NCBI GenBank assembly: GCA_905209865.1
Contig: CAJLUP010000001.1
Location: 16,229-80,228 of the forward strand
Reading direction: 5' to 3'
Origin: an uncultured Lachnospiraceae bacterium
Lineage (GTDB): Bacteria > Bacillota > Clostridia > Lachnospirales > Lachnospiraceae
Length of the DNA: 64,000 nucleotides
Part shown: positions 41,764-53,080 of the stretch, in pieces
Layout: every line of letters begins with the position of its first letter
How positions within the stretch are numbered: the stretch's first letter is position 1
Notes under the pieces: generated by a model
Seen by the model: the letters and a program-made list of their open reading frames with translations, nothing else
Database searches by the model: none
What the model was told of the DNA's origin: nothing
Made by a program: the position numbers and the translations under genes

Positions 41764-42448
41764 GCGTATTTTGATCGTGGAAGATGAAGAAAGTATTGCA
41801 GACCTTGAAAAGGATTATCTTGAGCTGAGTAATTTTGAAGTGGAAGTGGCGAACGACGGAGAACTGGGACTGCAAAAAGGGCTTGGAGGCGATTTCGATC
41901 TGATTATTCTTGATCTGATGCTTCCGGGTGTTGACGGTTTTGAGATCTGCCGTCAGATACGAGATCAGAAGAATACTCCGATCATTATGGTTTCTGCGAA
42001 AAAAGATGATATTGATAAGATCAGGGGACTTGGTCTTGGCGCGGACGATTATATGACAAAGCCATTTAGTCCCAGCGAACTCGTGGCGCGTGTGAAAGCA
42101 CATCTTGCCAGATATGAACGTCTGATCAACAGCAATGCGGAAGAAAATGAAGTTATTGAGATCCGCGGACTGAAGATCGATACAACAGCGAGACGGGTTT
42201 GGGTCGGAGGAGAAGAACGGTCGTTTACGACGAAGGAATTCGATCTGCTTACATTTTTAGCAAGTCATCCGAACCATGTGTATACGAAAGAAGAATTGTT
42301 CCGCGAGATTTGGGATATGGAATCGATCGGAGATATCGCTACCGTGACGGTTCATATTAAGAAGATCCGCGAGAAGATCGAATACGATACGTCGCATCCG
42401 CAGTATATTGAAACGATATGGGGCGTCGGTTATCGCTTTAAAGTATAA
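41756..42448 (+). CDS. OmpR-family response regulator
   Basis: LIVEDE, LDLMLP, GADDY..KPF, IETIWGVGY. Confidence 0.94.
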   Translation: MSKRILIVEDEESIADLEKDYLELSNFEVEVANDGELGLQKGLGGDFDLIILDLMLPGVDGFEICRQIRDQKNTPIIMVSAKKDDIDKIRGLGLGADDYMTKPFSPSELVARVKAHLARYERLINSNAEENEVIEIRGLKIDTTARRVWVGGEERSFTTKEFDLLTFLASHPNHVYTKEELFREIWDMESIGDIATVTVHIKKIREKIEYDTSHPQYIETIWGVGYRFKV

Positions 42449-42487
42449 TCGTGCGAGAAATAAAAAGAAATCTGCATTTACAGCGGG

Positions 42488-42520
42488 CAAAAAGGAGTTT
42501 CGTTTTCGGAGCTCCTTTTC
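42488..42520 (+). terminator. Terminator after the two-component genes
   Basis: AAAAGGAGTTTCG / CGGAGCTCCTTTT. Confidence 0.65.
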
Positions 42521-42640
42521 TATTGTAAATGTTGATAAATGCGTGTATCATATAGAAGTCAAAAGAGAAACGGCGGACATGATAAGATGGATGCCGGATA
42601 TAGGGGAAGACAGATTAAGATCAAAGGGTGATTTTGAAAA

Positions 42641-44029
42641 ATGGAAAAAGGGAAAAAGAGTCCGAGAAAATTGAAGTTAAATACAGTGCAGACTGTAGCA
42701 ATGGGCTTTTTCGGTGTGATCCTCGGAGGAGGAATACTGCTTAGCCTTCCGGTCTGTAATCAAAAACCGATTGAATTTATCGATGCATTGTTTACGTCTG
42801 TCAGCGGCGTGTGTGTTACGGGTCTTATGACCGTAGTTCCGGCAGAGCAGTTTACGCTGCTGGGAAAGCTGATCCTGCTGCTTTTGATACAGGTCGGCGG
42901 ACTTGGGGTGATCGCATGTATGTCCGCGTTTTTTCTTTTATTAGGAAAAAGAATCAATATGAAAGGCAGGATCACGATACGGCAGGCATATGGACTGGAT
43001 ACGCTCTCGGGACTTGTAAGATTTATAATCCGCATTTTAAAAGGAACGTTTTTGGTGGAGGGGATCGGCGCAGTACTTTTTGCGATCCGGTTTGTCCCGG
43101 AATTTGGCTTTATAAAGGGGATCGGTTATGGGATCTTCCATTCGATTTCGGCATTTTGTAATGCGGGGATCGATATTCTTGGAAGTACCAGTTTCATTCA
43201 ATATGCTGGATCTCCGCTTATTAATTTTACAACAATGTTTCTGATCGTTATGGGAGGACTTGGTTTTCCGGTATGGCATGATATTGCGGTCAATGCAAGA
43301 AAGCTGTGGGGAATGAAGAAACGACCGTTGAAATGGATGTTTACCCGCCTTCGTTTGCAGAGCAAGATCGTACTTGTGATGACGGGGATGCTGCTCTTAT
43401 GCGGAACTCTCGGTTTTTTCCTCCTTGAGTTCAACAATCCGGAAACGATAGGAAATATGAATCTGTTTGAGAAGATGATGGCGTCGCTGTTCCAGTCGGT
43501 TACGACAAGAACGGCAGGGTTTGCCACTGTGCCGCAGGGCGCTTTGCGGGAAAGTTCCAAGCTTTTGGGATGCATGCTTATGTTTATCGGAGGATCTCCG
43601 GCAGGTACGGCCGGAGGCGTTAAGACAACGACGATCGCGATGCTTTTGCTTACGGTTCTCTGTGTGCTGAAAAACAGAAAGGATACGGAGTGTTTTGACA
43701 GAAAGATTGATAACAATATTGTCAGATCGGGAATTACGATCACGATGGTAACTTTGATCTTTTTGATGACGGGAATTACGGCTCTTACGATTTTTGAACC
43801 GGGAGTTGATTTTCTTGATCTGGCATATGAGGCGGCGTCTGCAATGGGGACAGTCGGATTGACGGCTGATCTTACCCCGGTTTTGAGCAGGGGCAGTCAT
43901 GTGATCCTTATGATCCTTATGTATGTCGGCAGGATCGGACCGCTGACGATGGCGCTGCTGTTATCAGGACGAAGTGACAGGGATTCACAGTTTAGAGAAC
44001 TGCCGGAAGAAAATGTAATGCTTGGATAG
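42641..44029 (+). CDS. ktrB: Trk/Ktr potassium uptake membrane subunit
   Basis: SGVCVTGL, SAFCNAG, TRTAGF, GTAGGVKTTT, GTVGL. Confidence 0.9.
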   Translation: MEKGKKSPRKLKLNTVQTVAMGFFGVILGGGILLSLPVCNQKPIEFIDALFTSVSGVCVTGLMTVVPAEQFTLLGKLILLLLIQVGGLGVIACMSAFFLLLGKRINMKGRITIRQAYGLDTLSGLVRFIIRILKGTFLVEGIGAVLFAIRFVPEFGFIKGIGYGIFHSISAFCNAGIDILGSTSFIQYAGSPLINFTTMFLIVMGGLGFPVWHDIAVNARKLWGMKKRPLKWMFTRLRLQSKIVLVMTGMLLLCGTLGFFLLEFNNPETIGNMNLFEKMMASLFQSVTTRTAGFATVPQGALRESSKLLGCMLMFIGGSPAGTAGGVKTTTIAMLLLTVLCVLKNRKDTECFDRKIDNNIVRSGITITMVTLIFLMTGITALTIFEPGVDFLDLAYEAASAMGTVGLTADLTPVLSRGSHVILMILMYVGRIGPLTMALLLSGRSDRDSQFRELPEENVMLG

Positions 44030-44076
44030 AAGACGGATAAAAGAGGATGATGCATGAAAACGAAGGGAGACAGATT

Positions 44077-44733
44077 ATGAATAGACAGTTTGCAGTGCTG
44101 GGACTTGGAAGTTTTGGCTCGAGTGTGGCTCTTACATTAGAAAATATGGGATGCGATGTGCTGGCAGTAGACGAATCTTATGAAAAGGTGCAGGAGATCG
44201 CCGATAAAGTTTCTTATGCAGTTAAGGCAGATGTGTCAGATCCTGATGCGTTACAGTCTCTTGGAGGACGGAATTTAGACGGCGTTGTCATTGCCACTTC
44301 GGAAAGTCTGGAGGCGAGTATTATGGCGACGATGCTCTGCAAGGAAATGGGAATTCCACTTGTAGTGGCGAAGGCGAAAGATAAGCTCCAGGGAGCGATT
44401 CTGCAAAGGGTCGGGGCAGACCGCATCGTGTATCCTGAGATCGAGATGGGAAGCCGTGTGGCAAAAAGTCTTGTGTCGAAAGAATTTGTGGATTGGATAT
44501 CTCTTTCGAACGATTACAGTATGGTAGAGATCGTTGTGCCAAAGAACTGGATCGGCAAGAGTCTTGTTGATCTTGGCATAAGGGAACGTCTGGGGATCAA
44601 TGTTGTCGGTATAATTAAGAACGGAAAGATCGAAGTGGCGATCGATCCGCAGGAACATCTTCAGGAAAATACGATCTTGATCGTAATCGGTTCCAACGAT
44701 ATTCTTGAAAAATTTGATACGAAGAACAGATAG
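44077..44733 (+). CDS. ktrA: Trk/Ktr potassium uptake RCK subunit
   Basis: GLGSFG Rossmann motif, GADRIVYPE; ATG at 44077 after GGGAG. Confidence 0.9.
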   Translation: MNRQFAVLGLGSFGSSVALTLENMGCDVLAVDESYEKVQEIADKVSYAVKADVSDPDALQSLGGRNLDGVVIATSESLEASIMATMLCKEMGIPLVVAKAKDKLQGAILQRVGADRIVYPEIEMGSRVAKSLVSKEFVDWISLSNDYSMVEIVVPKNWIGKSLVDLGIRERLGINVVGIIKNGKIEVAIDPQEHLQENTILIVIGSNDILEKFDTKNR

Positions 44734-44750
44734 AAACGACAGGTGATAAA

Positions 44751-45542
44751 ATGATTACAAGTACATCTAATATACAAGTGAAGGAATTGATTCGGCTTCA
44801 GAAAAAGAGCCGCGAACGAGAAACCGAAGGCGTGTTTATTGCCGAAGGCCCGCGAATGGCAGCCGAGATTCCAAAGGAACGCATTGTAAAGCTGTATATT
44901 TCGGAAAGCTTTCAAAAAAAATGCAGGAAAGAAAAAAACGAACAGTTCATAAAATCGGCGGAAGTCATGTCAGATCCGGTGTTTGCCCGTGTGTCTGATA
45001 CAAAGACTCCGCAGGGAGTTCTTGCCGTTGTGCGCAGGATGGAATATACAATGGAAGACGTTTTGGGAGAAAACCCTCATGTGCTCGTGCTGGAAAATAT
45101 TCAGGATCCGGGGAACTTAGGAACGATCTTTCGAACGGCAGAGGCTGCGGGGGCAACGGGTATCGTGTTGAGTAAAGATTGTGTGGATCTGTATAATCCG
45201 AAAGTTATCCGTTCGACTATGGGAGCGGTTTTACGGCTTCCGTTTCTTTATACGGATGATCTGACGGGAACGATCAATGAGATGAAACTGGCAGGGATTA
45301 AAATTTATGCGGCGCATCTGGGCGGCGAGACAGATTATGATCAGGAAGATTACCGAACGGCATGTGCGTTTCTCATAGGAAACGAAGGGAATGGACTGAC
45401 GGAAGAAACTGCGGCATGTGCAGACAGGAAGATCCTGATCCCGATGAAAGGATCGGCGGAATCTTTAAACGCTGCGGTTGCCTCGGCGGTGCTCATGTTT
45501 GAGGCTGGAAGGCAGAGACGCAGACAGAGTGATAAAGGATAG
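44751..45542 (+). CDS. TrmH/SpoU-family RNA methyltransferase
   Basis: [27 protein letters not shown]. Confidence 0.92.
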   Translation: MITSTSNIQVKELIRLQKKSRERETEGVFIAEGPRMAAEIPKERIVKLYISESFQKKCRKEKNEQFIKSAEVMSDPVFARVSDTKTPQGVLAVVRRMEYTMEDVLGENPHVLVLENIQDPGNLGTIFRTAEAAGATGIVLSKDCVDLYNPKVIRSTMGAVLRLPFLYTDDLTGTINEMKLAGIKIYAAHLGGETDYDQEDYRTACAFLIGNEGNGLTEETAACADRKILIPMKGSAESLNAAVASAVLMFEAGRQRRRQSDKG

Positions 45543-45594
45543 AAAGAGAAAACAAAAGAAAATAAAAATCAATAAGAAGAGAGAGGGAAAGACA

Positions 45595-46578
45595 ATGGAT
45601 TTAAAAGGAAGACATTTTTTGACACTGAAAGACTTTACACCGGAAGAGATCTTATATCTTTTGGATCTTTCCGCAGAACTGAAAGAGAAGAAGAAACAGG
45701 GCATCCTGACGGAATGGCACAAAGGCAAAAATGTAGCGCTGATTTTTGAAAAAGACAGTACCCGTACACGCAGTTCTTTTGAAATTGCCGCTCACGATCT
45801 TGGGATGGGTTCTACTTATCTCGGACCGACAGGATCACAGATCGGTAAGAAAGAAAGCATTAAAGATACGGCGAGAGTACTGGGAAGAATGTATGACGGG
45901 ATTGAGTACAGGGGGTATGGACAGGAGATCGTCGAGGAACTGGCGAAATATGCAGGCGTTCCGGTTTGGAATGGTTTGACAAATGAGTATCATCCGACAC
46001 AGATGCTTGCGGATATGCTTACGATCCGTGAAAATTTCGGAAAGCTGAAAGGACTGAAACTTGTGTATATGGGGGATGCCCGCTATAATATGGGAAATTC
46101 TCTTATGATTGCCTGTGCGAAATTAGGACTTGATTTTGTTGCGTGCACGACGGAAGAATATTTTCCGAATCAGGAACTTGTAGAGGAATGCCGCGGTTAT
46201 GCAGCGGCATCAGGATCGACGATCACATTGACAAGCGATGTGAAAGAAGGAACGAAAGACGCTGATATTATTTACACAGATGTCTGGGTATCTATGGGAG
46301 AGCCGGACGAAGTGTGGGAAAAACGGATCAAAGCGTTGTCTCCATATAAAGTGACAAAAGAAGTGATGAGCAATGCGAAACCGGAAGCGATCTTCCTTCA
46401 CTGTCTGCCGGCATTTCACGATCTGAAGACGAAAGTCGGAAAAGAAGTCGGCGAGCGTTTTGGAATTACGGATATTGAAGTGACGGATGAAGTGTTTGAG
46501 TCTGAACAGTCAAAAGTGTTCGATGAAGCAGAGAACCGGATGCATACAATTAAGGCGGTCATGGCGGCAACACTTTAA
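45595..46578 (+). CDS. argF: Ornithine carbamoyltransferase
   Basis: [29 protein letters not shown] at 45595. Confidence 0.95.
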   Translation: MDLKGRHFLTLKDFTPEEILYLLDLSAELKEKKKQGILTEWHKGKNVALIFEKDSTRTRSSFEIAAHDLGMGSTYLGPTGSQIGKKESIKDTARVLGRMYDGIEYRGYGQEIVEELAKYAGVPVWNGLTNEYHPTQMLADMLTIRENFGKLKGLKLVYMGDARYNMGNSLMIACAKLGLDFVACTTEEYFPNQELVEECRGYAAASGSTITLTSDVKEGTKDADIIYTDVWVSMGEPDEVWEKRIKALSPYKVTKEVMSNAKPEAIFLHCLPAFHDLKTKVGKEVGERFGITDIEVTDEVFESEQSKVFDEAENRMHTIKAVMAATL

Positions 46579-46596
46579 GTTAAAAATGGAGAGAAC

Positions 46597-47595
46597 ATGA
46601 AAGCAGAAATTTTGAAAATGCTGCGTGAGACAAACGGGTATATTTCCGGTCAGGAAATCTGTGAAAAATTCGGCGTGTCGCGCACGGCTGTTTGGAAGGT
46701 CATCCGACAGCTTCAAGAAGAAGGCTATAAGGTTGAGGCTGTGCGAAACAGAGGCTATCATATGGTAGAAATTCCGGATCTGCTGACGAAAGAAGAACTG
46801 GAAAGTTGTATGCATACCGAGTGGGCAGGCAGGAAGATTGTCTGTTGTCAGGTGACAGATTCAACAAATCTGCGGGTGAAACAGCTCGGGGACGAAGGAG
46901 CGCCTGCCGGAACGTTGGTTGTGGCAGAAGAGCAGACTGCCGGAAGAGGACGCAGAGGGCGGTCATGGGATTCGCCTGCCGGAACAGGGATTTTTATGTC
47001 GATTCTTTTAAGGCCTGAAGTTGCGCCGGACAAGGCGTCCATGCTGACTCTTGTGATGGCATGCAGTGTGGCGGAGGGGTTAAAACAAAGTCTGAGGCAG
47101 GAAGAAAGTATCTGTTCGAAGATCCAGATCAAATGGCCGAATGATATTGTTGTCAATGGGAAAAAACTGGCTGGTATTCTGACAGAGATGAGTACGCAGA
47201 TTGATTATATCGATCATGTGACTGTAGGTGTCGGGATTAATGTCAATACAAGACAATTCCCGAAAGATATTAAAGAACGCGCAACGTCTCTTTACATGGA
47301 ATGCGGGCATACGGTGAGGCGCGCGCCTGTGATCGCATCGATCATGGAATGTCTGGAGAAGAATTACCGTATCTTCCTTGAAACGGAAGATCTGACAGGA
47401 CTGATGGATTCTTATATGTCGATGCTGGTTAATCGGGACAAAGAAGTTCTCGTGCTTACTCCGAAAGGAGAATATAAAGCGCATGCATTGGGGATCAATA
47501 AAAAAGGAGAACTGATCGTGCGGCGGGAGGACGGAACGCAGGAAGCGATTTATGCCGGAGAAGTTTCAGTCAGAGGCGTATACGGATATGTATAG
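46597..47595 (+). CDS. birA: Biotin protein ligase/repressor
   Basis: N-terminal HTH (SRTAVWK), QTAGRGRRGR, KWPND, KLAGIL. Confidence 0.95.
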   Translation: MKAEILKMLRETNGYISGQEICEKFGVSRTAVWKVIRQLQEEGYKVEAVRNRGYHMVEIPDLLTKEELESCMHTEWAGRKIVCCQVTDSTNLRVKQLGDEGAPAGTLVVAEEQTAGRGRRGRSWDSPAGTGIFMSILLRPEVAPDKASMLTLVMACSVAEGLKQSLRQEESICSKIQIKWPNDIVVNGKKLAGILTEMSTQIDYIDHVTVGVGINVNTRQFPKDIKERATSLYMECGHTVRRAPVIASIMECLEKNYRIFLETEDLTGLMDSYMSMLVNRDKEVLVLTPKGEYKAHALGINKKGELIVRREDGTQEAIYAGEVSVRGVYGYV

Positions 47596-47685
47596 ATTTT
47601 GCGTGTTTGAAAGAAAAGACGCAGCAGTCCGGGCAGAACAGTCTGATCGGATGTTGAGAGAACGTTTGAAAAAGAGAGGTTTTAT

Positions 47686-48009
47686 ATGGATGAAGAGATC
47701 GTGCTTTGTGCAGCAAGTGCATATGAGCAGAAATTTTATTTGAATCCGCAGTTTGCGTCTCTTCCTGAAGCGGTACGGCAGGAATTACAGATCATGTGTG
47801 TGCTGTATACGGAAGATGTCGGCGGAATTCTTATGGTTGTATATGATGAAGATGGCAATTTGGAGTTGAAAGTAGAACATGAGGAGAACGATTTCGCTTT
47901 TGATGAGATCGGAAGTGTTTTGAAAATCAAGCAGCTACAGCAGACGAAGAGGGAATTGTTTGAGTCGCTTGAAACATTTTACCGGGTGTTCTGCCTTGGA
48001 GAGGAGTAG
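47686..48009 (+). CDS. Conserved hypothetical protein (DUF6145-like)
   Basis: 107-aa acidic ORF with AGAGG RBS; family recalled from LCAASAYEQKFYLN...DEIGS. Confidence 0.65.
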   Translation: MDEEIVLCAASAYEQKFYLNPQFASLPEAVRQELQIMCVLYTEDVGGILMVVYDEDGNLELKVEHEENDFAFDEIGSVLKIKQLQQTKRELFESLETFYRVFCLGEE

Positions 48010-48011
48010 GC

Positions 48012-48668
48012 GTGGAGTTTTTTCAAAAAGTCATTCATCTGTATGCGGAGAGAAAAGACTGGTTTTTGGAACTGCTTGCAGCTCATGTGGGGCTGGCGCT
48101 GACCGCGGCTGTGTGCGCCGGAGTTATAGGGCTTCTTTTGGGAATCTTTATTTCAGAGCATAAAAAAGCAGCTGCCCCTGTTCTGACCATTGCAAATATC
48201 TGTTATACGATTCCGGCGATCTCGCTGCTTGGAATGTTGATTCCTGTTTTGGGGATCGGCGATAAGACGGCGGTGACGGCGCTGACTATTTACGGGATCA
48301 TGCCGATGGTACGCAATACTTATGCGGGGATTACCGGAGTTGGAGAAGAAGTTGTCGCGGCGGCAGAAGGGATGGGAAGCACACGGCTTCAGATCATGAC
48401 GGAAATCAAGCTTCCGCTGGCGTCAGGCGTGATTATCGCCGGTGTGAGAAATATGGTCGTTATGACGATCTCGGTGTCGGCAATCGCTTCATTTATCGGT
48501 GCAGGAGGATTAGGAGTGGCAATTTACAGAGGGATCACGATCTACGATACGGCGATGACATTCTGCGGGAGTTTTCTGATCGCGTTTTTGGCGATTGTGA
48601 GTGATTTTCTGTTGGGGTTGCTGGAACGAAAGCTGAAAAAGAAAACAGGCGGATATAAACGGCAATAA
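48012..48668 (+). CDS. Osmoprotectant (glycine betaine/choline) ABC permease
   Basis: TIPAISLLG, RNTYAG, EGMG, IGAGGLG. Confidence 0.9.
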   Translation: MEFFQKVIHLYAERKDWFLELLAAHVGLALTAAVCAGVIGLLLGIFISEHKKAAAPVLTIANICYTIPAISLLGMLIPVLGIGDKTAVTALTIYGIMPMVRNTYAGITGVGEEVVAAAEGMGSTRLQIMTEIKLPLASGVIIAGVRNMVVMTISVSAIASFIGAGGLGVAIYRGITIYDTAMTFCGSFLIAFLAIVSDFLLGLLERKLKKKTGGYKRQ

Positions 48669-48751
48669 AAAGAAGAAAATTAAAAGGCTGAAAAAGCAAG
48701 ATATTAAAAAACAAGAATTTGAAAAATGAAACAACAAAAGGAGGCAGGCAG

Positions 48752-49687
48752 ATGAAGTTAAAGAAGATAGCAGCGATTATTTTGTCAGGCGCACTTGTAT
48801 TTTCTATGGCAGGATGCGCGGGAAATGATGGAAAAGATAAAACAGAAGAAGGAACGTCCAAAAGCCCGGAAGAACCGGTGAAGATTGCGACAAAACCGAT
48901 GACAGAACAATTTATTCTCGGAGAGATGCTGAAACAGCTTATAGAGGAAAAGGCCGGTTATAAAGTAGAACTTACAAAGGGGATCGGCGGCGGAACGAGT
49001 AATATCCAGCCTGCGATGGAAAAAGGCGAGTTTGATCTTTACCCGGAATATACGTCCAGTGGATGGATCCTTGTGCTCGGGCATGAAGCGGGAGAAGTGA
49101 GCGATGATGAGATGTTTGCGAAACTTCAGGAAGAATACGAAGAAAAATTTGATATGACATGGATCGGTCTGTACGGTCAGAACAACACTTATGCTGTTGT
49201 AGTCAGAGAAGATACGGCAAAAGAATACGGCCTTGAGACATGCTCGGATCTGGCGGCAGTTTCTGATCAACTGATTTTCGGAGGAAATCCTGATTATATT
49301 GAGCGGGCGGACGGACTTTCCGGAATGTCTGAGGCGTATGGATTCCGGTTTAAAGAGATCAAGGATATTGATATCGGATTGAAATATCAGGCGCTTAGAA
49401 GCGGAGATATTGATGTGACAAATGGATATACGACAGATGCACAGATCAGTCAGGACGATGTGAAAGTGCTTAAGGATGATAAATCCTATCAGGTGAATTA
49501 TTTTTGTTCAACCGTTGTCCGTGAAGATGCGCTCAAAAAATATCCGAAGTTAAAAGAAACATTGGAGCTCATGGATGGGATTCTTACAGATCAGAAGATG
49601 GCGGAGCTGAACTATCAGGTAGAGGAAGAAGGACGCGATGAGGCGGAAGTGGCAGAAGAGTTTTTGAAATCTGCAGGTTTGCTATAG
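48752..49687 (+). CDS. Osmoprotectant ABC substrate-binding lipoprotein
   Basis: Lipobox MAGC; KPMTEQ, YPEYT, NNTYA, YTTD; ATG at 48752 after GGAGG. Confidence 0.9.
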   Translation: MKLKKIAAIILSGALVFSMAGCAGNDGKDKTEEGTSKSPEEPVKIATKPMTEQFILGEMLKQLIEEKAGYKVELTKGIGGGTSNIQPAMEKGEFDLYPEYTSSGWILVLGHEAGEVSDDEMFAKLQEEYEEKFDMTWIGLYGQNNTYAVVVREDTAKEYGLETCSDLAAVSDQLIFGGNPDYIERADGLSGMSEAYGFRFKEIKDIDIGLKYQALRSGDIDVTNGYTTDAQISQDDVKVLKDDKSYQVNYFCSTVVREDALKKYPKLKETLELMDGILTDQKMAELNYQVEEEGRDEAEVAEEFLKSAGLL

Positions 49688-49750
49688 GTTCTTAGAAGCC
49701 TTGAGAGCGGATCCTTTCTGAAACGATAAAATACAAAGGAAGCAATATGT

Positions 49751-50470
49751 ATGGAAATGATACGTCTGGAACATGTGACGAAAAGTTTTGGCGGGCATAA
49801 AGCATTGGATGATGTGAGCATTGCCGTGGAAGAAGGAGAGTTCTTGACGGTGATCGGGAGATCGGGATGCGGGAAAACAACGATGCTTCGCATGATAAAC
49901 GGGCTGCAAAAACCGGATTCGGGAAAAGTATATGCGGCAGGAGAAGATGTGGGGGAAGCGGATTTGATCCGTCTTCGCAGAAAAATCGGATATGTGATAC
50001 AAAATAAAGGACTGTTTCCTCATATGACGGTTGAGAAGAATATCACTTATGTGCCGATGATCAGCGGAAAGAAAGATAAGAAGCAAAACAGGAAACTGGC
50101 GGAAGAACTGATTAGGCTTGTCGGACTGAAAGAGTCGATGCTTGACCGTTATCCTGAAGAACTTTCAGGAGGACAGCAGCAGCGGGTCGGAATTGCGAGG
50201 GCGCTTGCGTCACAGCCGAAGCTGCTTTTGATGGACGAGCCGTTCGGAGCGCTGGATGAAATTACGAAACGGGCGATGCAGAATGAATTGCTGGCTCTTC
50301 AGAAAAAACTGGGTATGACAGTTGTATTCATTACACATGACATTCGGGAAGCGATGAAATTAGGCGACCGTGTTCTTGTTATGGAAGAAGGAAAGATTGT
50401 GCAGTGTGATACGCCGGAACAGGTAAAGGAACATCCGGCAGATGAATTTGTGAAAGAGTTGATCGGATAA
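49751..50470 (+). CDS. Osmoprotectant ABC ATPase
   Basis: GRSGCGKTT, LSGGQQQR, MDEPFGALD, THD. Confidence 0.92.
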   Translation: MEMIRLEHVTKSFGGHKALDDVSIAVEEGEFLTVIGRSGCGKTTMLRMINGLQKPDSGKVYAAGEDVGEADLIRLRRKIGYVIQNKGLFPHMTVEKNITYVPMISGKKDKKQNRKLAEELIRLVGLKESMLDRYPEELSGGQQQRVGIARALASQPKLLLMDEPFGALDEITKRAMQNELLALQKKLGMTVVFITHDIREAMKLGDRVLVMEEGKIVQCDTPEQVKEHPADEFVKELIG

Positions 50471-50476
50471 GGGACT

Positions 50477-51829
50477 ATGAAAAAACGTGATCTGACAAAA
50501 GGAAATGTAACGGCGACCATGTTGTTGTTCGCCGTTCCGATGATTCTGGGGAACGTGCTGCAGCAATGCTATAATCTGGCGGATACGTGGATTGTCGGAA
50601 GGTTCGTCGGAGCAGACGCGCTGGCTGCGGTGGGAAGCGCCTATACGCTGATGACGTTTCTGAATTCAATCCTGATCGGGATGTGTATGGGAAGCGGCGC
50701 TCTTTTTTCAATCTGCTATGGACGCAGGGCGATGAAGAAACTGAAAGAATATATTGTTTCATCCTTTGTGCTCATTTTCCTGGTGACTGCAGCGCTGACG
50801 ATTGTTTCCTATCTGTGTCTTGATCCGATCCTCAGTCTGCTGCGGACTCCTTCGGATATTTATGAACTGATGCGCGCCTATATGGGGACGATCCTTATCG
50901 GACTGGTCTTCGTTTTTCTTTATAATTATTTTGCATTCCTTCTCCGGGCGTCTGGCAATTCAATCGTTCCGCTGTTTTTTCTCGGGATCGGAACGGTTTT
51001 TAATATCGGACTGGATTTCCTTTTTGTTGCAGGACTTGGACGCGGGGCGAGAGGGGCTGCGGAAGCGACCGTTCTTGCTCAGGCGGCAGCGGGGATTGGG
51101 ATTGGATTATATGCACTTTTGAAAGAATCGGAACTTAATAGAAAGAAAATGAAAGAAGAAGGGATCGGTATACGGAAGGATCTGCTGAAAGAGATCTTCT
51201 CTTATTCGGTGTCCACAGGAATCCAGCAGTCGGTAATGAATTTTGGGATTCTTATGGTTCAGGGACTTGTAAATAGTTTTGGGACTTCGGTTATGGCGGC
51301 GTTTGCTGCGGGAGTGAAGATTGATACGTTGGCGTATATGCCGGCACAGGAGTTCGGAAACGCGTATTCGATCTTTATCTCTCAGAATTATGGCGCGGAT
51401 AAGAAAGACAGAATCCGAAAAGGAACGAAGAGCGCTGCTGTGTCCGCGCTGATCTTCTGCGCGGCAGCCTCTGCTGCGGTCTTTTTCGGAGCAGAAGTTC
51501 TGATGGGGATTTTTATTGATCCACAGGAGACAGAGATCCTACGGATCGGAGTGGGGTATCTGAAAATCGAAGGAGCATGTTATTGTGGAATCGGGATTTT
51601 ATTTTTGCTTTACGGATATTTTCGGGCAGTGGAAAGACCGGAAGTTTCGCTTCTTCTTACGATCCTTTCTCTCGGTACGAGGGTAATTCTGGCCTATGCC
51701 TGTGCGCCTTTATTCGGTGTGGAAGCAATATGGCTTGCCATTCCGATCGGGTGGGCGCTGGCGGATGCGGTGGGACTTATCCTCTTAAGGGGAGGTTCGA
51801 AGCGCCGCAGACAGTCTGAAGGGGCGTAA
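50477..51829 (+). CDS. MATE family efflux transporter
   Basis: DLTKG, YNLADTWIVG, SQNYGA; multiple TMs. Confidence 0.9.
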   Translation: MKKRDLTKGNVTATMLLFAVPMILGNVLQQCYNLADTWIVGRFVGADALAAVGSAYTLMTFLNSILIGMCMGSGALFSICYGRRAMKKLKEYIVSSFVLIFLVTAALTIVSYLCLDPILSLLRTPSDIYELMRAYMGTILIGLVFVFLYNYFAFLLRASGNSIVPLFFLGIGTVFNIGLDFLFVAGLGRGARGAAEATVLAQAAAGIGIGLYALLKESELNRKKMKEEGIGIRKDLLKEIFSYSVSTGIQQSVMNFGILMVQGLVNSFGTSVMAAFAAGVKIDTLAYMPAQEFGNAYSIFISQNYGADKKDRIRKGTKSAAVSALIFCAAASAAVFFGAEVLMGIFIDPQETEILRIGVGYLKIEGACYCGIGILFLLYGYFRAVERPEVSLLLTILSLGTRVILAYACAPLFGVEAIWLAIPIGWALADAVGLILLRGGSKRRRQSEGA

Positions 51830-51906
51830 CAGTTATCTGTTGTGAGAATTTAAGAGCGCGGCAACGGCAGCAGCGGGCAGCCTGAAGATTCGGCGGCTGT
51901 CAGGAA

Positions 51907-52764
51907 TTACCGCATAAACTGCTTTCGGTAAGCGGTGGGCGTCATGCCGCATGTTCTGCGGAAGCATTGAGAAAAATAGCTTGAGGAAGAGAAGCCGCAC
52001 TGTTTGGCAATTTCTGCCTGATTCAGATCTGTTGAAGTGAGAAGTTCCTGACTTGTAAAGATCCGTTTCTGTGCGAGATAGTTCATAGGAGCGATGCCGT
52101 AGATTTCTGTAAATGTATGGGCAAAGTAATATTTGTTCAGATGAGTTAGTTCGGCAAGTGTGTCAAGCGTAATATTTTCCCGGAAATTGGAATCGATAAA
52201 GCGTTTTGCATAGCTGCATTCGCGGGTAATCTTTTTGGGGGCAGGAAGCATCTCCACAGGAGATCCGGTGTGCCGTGAAAGCTGGATGATAAGGGCTTCG
52301 AGAAGGTTCTGACAGACCGTCTCGTAGCCCTCTTTTTGTTCGTCCATCTCCCGAAGGATCGTATAAAAATAGAAGTTAAGATTTTCGTGGAAAGGTTCAC
52401 AATGGATGTTTAAATATTCTTTATCATCATAAATAAGAAAGTTCAGTCCCTCTACGCCGAGGACGATGTACTCCAGCGGTGAATTTTTGTCTGAGACTTC
52501 TGTATGGCGAATGCTGGGATTGACAATGATCAGATCTTGTTTTTGGATCGGAAACGATTCCTCCTCTACGATAAAACTTCCGCATCCGTTTAGTACATAA
52601 AAAAGCTCGGGGAAATAATGGGTATGCGGATAGCTCTCCCAGTCCTCTTCGTATTTAGAATAGCTGGAGTAAAGAAGGTGATACGGCATCTGTGAAAACG
52701 TCGTTTCCTGATTAGAAGTATTGAATGAATGTCGTATATTTCCCATAGATACAGCCTCCGTCAT
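51907..52764 (-). CDS. AraC-family transcriptional regulator
   Basis: Cupin HTH..ELFYV; C-terminal GFSSSSYFS..F....GMTP..YR; divergent from the sugar ABC operon; start may be ATG at 52746. Confidence 0.9.
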   Translation of the reverse strand: MTEAVSMGNIRHSFNTSNQETTFSQMPYHLLYSSYSKYEEDWESYPHTHYFPELFYVLNGCGSFIVEEESFPIQKQDLIIVNPSIRHTEVSDKNSPLEYIVLGVEGLNFLIYDDKEYLNIHCEPFHENLNFYFYTILREMDEQKEGYETVCQNLLEALIIQLSRHTGSPVEMLPAPKKITRECSYAKRFIDSNFRENITLDTLAELTHLNKYYFAHTFTEIYGIAPMNYLAQKRIFTSQELLTSTDLNQAEIAKQCGFSSSSYFSQCFRRTCGMTPTAYRKQFMR

Positions 52765-53007
52765 TTGTCCAAAATGGTTTAGAAATTTTGTTTTTAGCTA
52801 AAAAAGTAAAAATTTTAATGTGTTTATTATATTGAATTCTTAAAAAAAAATCAAGGTAAAATAGATGCATTGTAGAAGTTGGGGGAAAATAAATTATATA
52901 TAATGCACAAAAAAATGAAATAAAAAAAGATTTTGTCGGAAAAACGCAAAAAAAGGGGGAGAAATATAAAAAAGCAATATTTATAAAAAAAAGGACAAGA
53001 ATGGGTA

Positions 53008-53036
53008 TTGAAAAAAGATGCATTTTCGTTTATTCT
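53008..53036 (+). promoter_or_regulatory. Putative sigmaA promoter of the GNB/LNB operon
   Basis: TTGAAA, 17 bp, TATTCT, upstream of GGAGG RBS. Confidence 0.55.
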
Positions 53037-53080
53037 AAGAGCAACAAAGCAAATCGTTAAATAAAGGAGGACCAACGATT

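Noticed and set aside
42449..42640. Possible c-di-AMP riboswitch upstream of ktrBA
   Set aside because: Only a terminator and promoter-like sequence seen; no recognisable ydaO consensus.
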